Assembly: GCF_048593235.1 (NCBI RefSeq)
Contig: NC_133618.1
Coordinates: 511,085,675-511,149,674, forward strand
Length of the DNA: 64,000 bases
DNA from: Sminthopsis crassicaudata
Taxonomy: Eukaryota
Direction: 5' to 3'
The notes below the pieces were generated by a model. The model was not told where the DNA came from. It ran no database searches and saw only the letters and a program-made list of their open reading frames with translations. The translations under genes and the position numbers were made by a program. Below are positions 60,501 through 64,000 of this stretch, one piece after another (positions within the stretch are counted from its first letter, which is position 1; each line of letters starts with the position of its first letter).

Positions 60501-62824
60501 ACTGATGGTTAGGAGATATCTAGGGATGATCAGGATACAGGTCAGGAATGAGAAGGAGGTCATTTAGTTAAGTCCTCTGCATTTTACAGCCAAAAAACTA
60601 GGAGGTTCAGTGAAGTGCCCATTGTCATTGAGATAGCCAGTGATAGAGCCAGGATTACAATACCAAAGCTAACACGTTTTTCACCGAGCCACGCATGCTT
60701 CCTCTCTTGGCTGGTATCTAGTGAAACATTAAATTGGGCCAGCAAGACTGAGAGTCTAAGACAAGCGGTGTTAGAATATGGTAGATGGATCTGGAGAGGG
60801 TAGATATTCATCAGCCAGAGGCCCTGATAAGGACTAGGAGAAAATTCAGAATGGAGAGGGGCAGATTGAAGGAAGGATGAAAAGTTGTGGTCTCAGAGAG
60901 TGTGAGCTTTTGGGGAGCAGATCCTCCCTTCTGCTCCTCCCCCCATCTCTTGTGCTTCCAGAATTAATTTTGCATATTATCTGGTGCAATATTGATTAAT
61001 TGATTGACTGAGTAGAATTTCAAAAGGGAGATTCTGGAGGTAGCATAATTCCTATGGATGGTAGGGTTAAGCTATGGCTTCTTACATTTTTTTCACTTGC
61101 AACTCTTTTTTGCCTGAGAAATTTTTATGCAAATACAAGTCTGTAGGTATATAAAATGGATATACAAATAAAATATTTGCTGATAGATGACAACTCATAA
61201 CTTCATGGCTACCACACTCAGTTACATGACTCCATATGAAGTTGTGAACCATAATTTCAGAAGCTTTGGTCTAGGGTATGGTTTTGTCAGCTTATGTTTG
61301 AAATGGGATGAAGAAGGAAGTTTGTGAGTTGAAGAGGTAAAGAAATCAAGAGGTCAGGTTGTTAAAAGGCTCTTTGACCTGAATACTAAATCTCCCAAAG
61401 ATGATGGCGGGGAGAGGATGGAAAGGAAGATGGGAGCTGGAGTTAGAAGTCACTGGAAGACTGAGAATGCCCTGGAGATTTAGTAGATGATAGTAACAAG
61501 GACAGGGAGAGGATGGTATAGAGAGATTTTGTAAATCTCAGAAGGAGAGATCCTTGGGATTTTTATTGGAATGGGATACAAGTATTCCTCTCTCTCCTTC
61601 AGGCCCTGTGAGACAGAGGGAACAAGAGGAATTGTATTTAATGGAGAAAATCACAGACAACCAGAAAACCTGGGTTCTAGTCCCTTCTCTGACCCCACCT
61701 TGATATATATATAGTAAAAGCAGGTCACTTTCCTCTGCATACATCGTCAACCTCACACAACAAAATGGAACAGCAAGACTGAATCGGATACATCCTCCGT
61801 GCCCTTGGGCTTTCATACATGTCCACCCTCCCCCCAAGTCTGTATCTCCAGACTCAGAGGCCAGTTTCCCTTTACAGAGCTGGGGGACTGCGGGGTGGAA
61901 GGTTCCCTGTGGCAGCAGACTTGGTTCCTTCCTCCCCCTTTCTTTTCTCTGTTATATAAAGTATGGCTTCCTGGGGAGAGCAGAGTGGACGTCCAGAAAC
62001 CAAGGTGATCTCAAGAAGAGCATTTTAAAATTCGGATTCATTTCAGAGGAGCAGAGAGCAGGCAATTCCTCGTGTCTCAGACACCACTTCTTTACCCCCC
62101 ACAGATGAAAGCCACAAGAAGCAGCTGCTGTTGGCCTACCATAAAAAGAGGCAGAGCTCCACCTGGCACGGGTTGGGGTTTGCACAACACTCACCCCGGC
62201 TCCCTTCCCTGCCAGCTGCGGGCCCCCTGGGGAGAGGCTGGGCCACCATGGCTGAGGGGATGGGAGCGAGAGCAGGCCGGCTCTCTCAATTCCCATGCTC
62301 AGAGGCGGCTTCTTTTCTGGCCCATTTTCGCCCATTCTTCTCCCCCCAGAGCCGGCCTCCTGCAGCTCCTCCATGACCTTTCCACCTTGGCCCTCTGCCT
62401 CCCTCCTCTTATTCCCCCATCCTCCACATTTTCTCTTCTCGTTGAAAATGCCCTTTAAAAAATTCAGCCAGGGGGCAAATGAAGGGGAAAAAATAAATCG
62501 CACTGAGCACTCAGTCTTCATGTTGGTGCAACATGATCCAAAGTGGACCACAGTCTGTAAGCTGCCTAAGTTAGGCCGAGAAAAGCTTCCCCAGTGGAAT
62601 CCAGACGGTGATGAAGTTACAGGGATAGGATCTGGTTTACCCATGGGCAGGTAATGGATTCCATTTTCCATTTCAAGTTTAATGTGTGGGTAACCAAAAA
62701 AAGACTGTGTTATAATGAATAGTCAGCTTCAGACCTATATTCAAGTCCACCCTCAGACAAATAAATACTAGTTTTGTGATCCTGACCAAGTTGTTTTAAC
62801 CTCTGAGCTATGCTCTAGGTAACT

Positions 62825-63440
62825 TTTTTAAATTAAAGTTTATTTTCAAAACATATGCATGGATAATTTTTCAACACTGACCCTTGCAAAACCTTGTGTT
62901 CCAGATTTTCCTCTCCTTCCCCAAATCCCCTCCCCTAGGTGGCAAGTAATCCAATATATGTTAAACATGTTAAGATATATGTTAAATCCAATATTTGTAT
63001 TTGTATTGTATTTAGACAGTTATCTTGCTGCACAAGAAAAATCAGATCAAAAGGGAAAAAATGAAAAAAGAAAACAAAATGCAAGTGAACAACAAAAAAA
63101 GAGTGAGAATGCTATGTTATGAACCACATCCAGTCCCCACAATCCTCTCTCTGGGTGCAGATGGCTCTCTGCATCACAAGATCATTGGAACTGGCCTTGA
63201 TCATCTCATTGTTGGAAAGAGTCACAGAACTGATCATTGTATAGTCTTGCTGTTGCAATATATAATGATCTCCTGGTTCTGCTCATTTCACTCAGCATCA
63301 GTTCATCAAGACTCTCTAAGCCTCCCTGAAATCATCCTGCTGATGGTTTCTTATAGAACAATAATATTCCATCGCATTCATATACCATAACTTATTTGGC
63401 CATTCTTGCCACTACAAAAAGAGCTGCCACAAACATTTTT
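62825..63440 (-). mobile_element. LINE-1 3' end fragment
   Basis: TTTTCAAAACATATGCATGGATAATTTTTCAACA...CTGCTCATTTCACTCAGCATCAGTTCA...GAGCTGCCACAAACATTTTTGCACA, homologous to the 13623-14655 L1. Confidence 0.85.
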
Positions 63441-64000
63441 GCACATATGGGTAGGCAACTTTTTTAAGATTAAATTTACAAACACAGCTAATACAGAAAT
63501 ATGTTTTGCATGACCTTATATATATATATACATATATATATATAAATATATAAAATCAAAATCAAATTGCTTGCCTCTTCATAGAGGGCAGAGAGGCAGG
63601 AGTGATGGAGAGAATTTGGAACTCAAAATTTTAAGAATATTATTGTTCAAAAAATTTTACCTATAATTCAAAAATATTAAACTAATTTTTTAAAAAAGAT
63701 AGTTGCAGAGAAGGTGCTGATCCATCTCAGTAGAAAGAGTTCCTTATTTTGGAGTTATTTATATCCACAAAATAATAGATTTAGTCTGTGACTTTATATC
63801 TTTATAGACATGGGCCTTGAATATCTTCATACATTTTGTTTTTGCTTTTTGCTCCAAAGCAATAGGGGGAATATGATGATTTAATTTCATTTCCCACAAA
63901 GGCAATTCAAATGGAGAAGGGAGAAGGGAATAATAACTACCATTCACATAAGACTTTAAAGCTTAGAAAGTACACTGCATTTCTTATCCCCCACTACTCT

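Noticed and set aside
62340-62372. Minus-strand MEELQEA...EKKPPL resembling the NDRG2 N-terminus
   Set aside because: Too short, with no further NDRG homology. Probably coincidental.
62105-62600. RNase-like hints (SSTW..FAQH; TVCKL) suggesting an RNASE7 pseudogene
   Set aside because: The motifs are in different frames, their spacing is nearly twice that of an RNase, and there is no Cys framework or signal peptide.
1-64000. rRNA, tRNA, snRNA or snoRNA genes and CRISPR arrays
   Set aside because: None recognised. tRNA-like box motifs all belong to SINE heads.

Overview
Mammalian genomic DNA, almost certainly from a marsupial and probably a dasyurid, judged from WSINE1-type SINEs, MIR/MAR1 CORE-SINEs, marsupial-type L1 3' ends and abundant L2. 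It is syntenic with human 14q11.2. Five complete protein-coding genes were reconstructed by hand from splice signals and translation: METTL17 (+, 14 coding exons, 461 aa, one GC-AG intron), SLC39A2/ZIP2 (+, 4 exons, 312 aa), NDRG2 (-, 15 coding exons, 369 aa, CpG-island promoter with several candidate first exons), TPPP2 (+, 3 coding exons, 168 aa) and RNASE13 (-, single coding exon, 153 aa). METTL17 intron 3 holds a two-LTR, internally deleted betaretrovirus-like element with a SINE inserted in gag. Intron 9 is a nested stack of L2, solo LTR and L1. There is a 510-nt assembly gap at 53974-54483. The best leads are the non-autonomous ERV with tandem repeats where env should be, an RNASE13 that keeps the first catalytic His, a 2-aa deletion at an NDRG2 Akt-site motif, and an unexplained GC-rich, spliceable, ORF-dense island at about 61.9-62.7 kb. 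I found no convincing wholly new biological system. All homology calls are from my recall of the orthologous proteins, not from database searches. Repeat boundaries are approximate unless TSDs are quoted.
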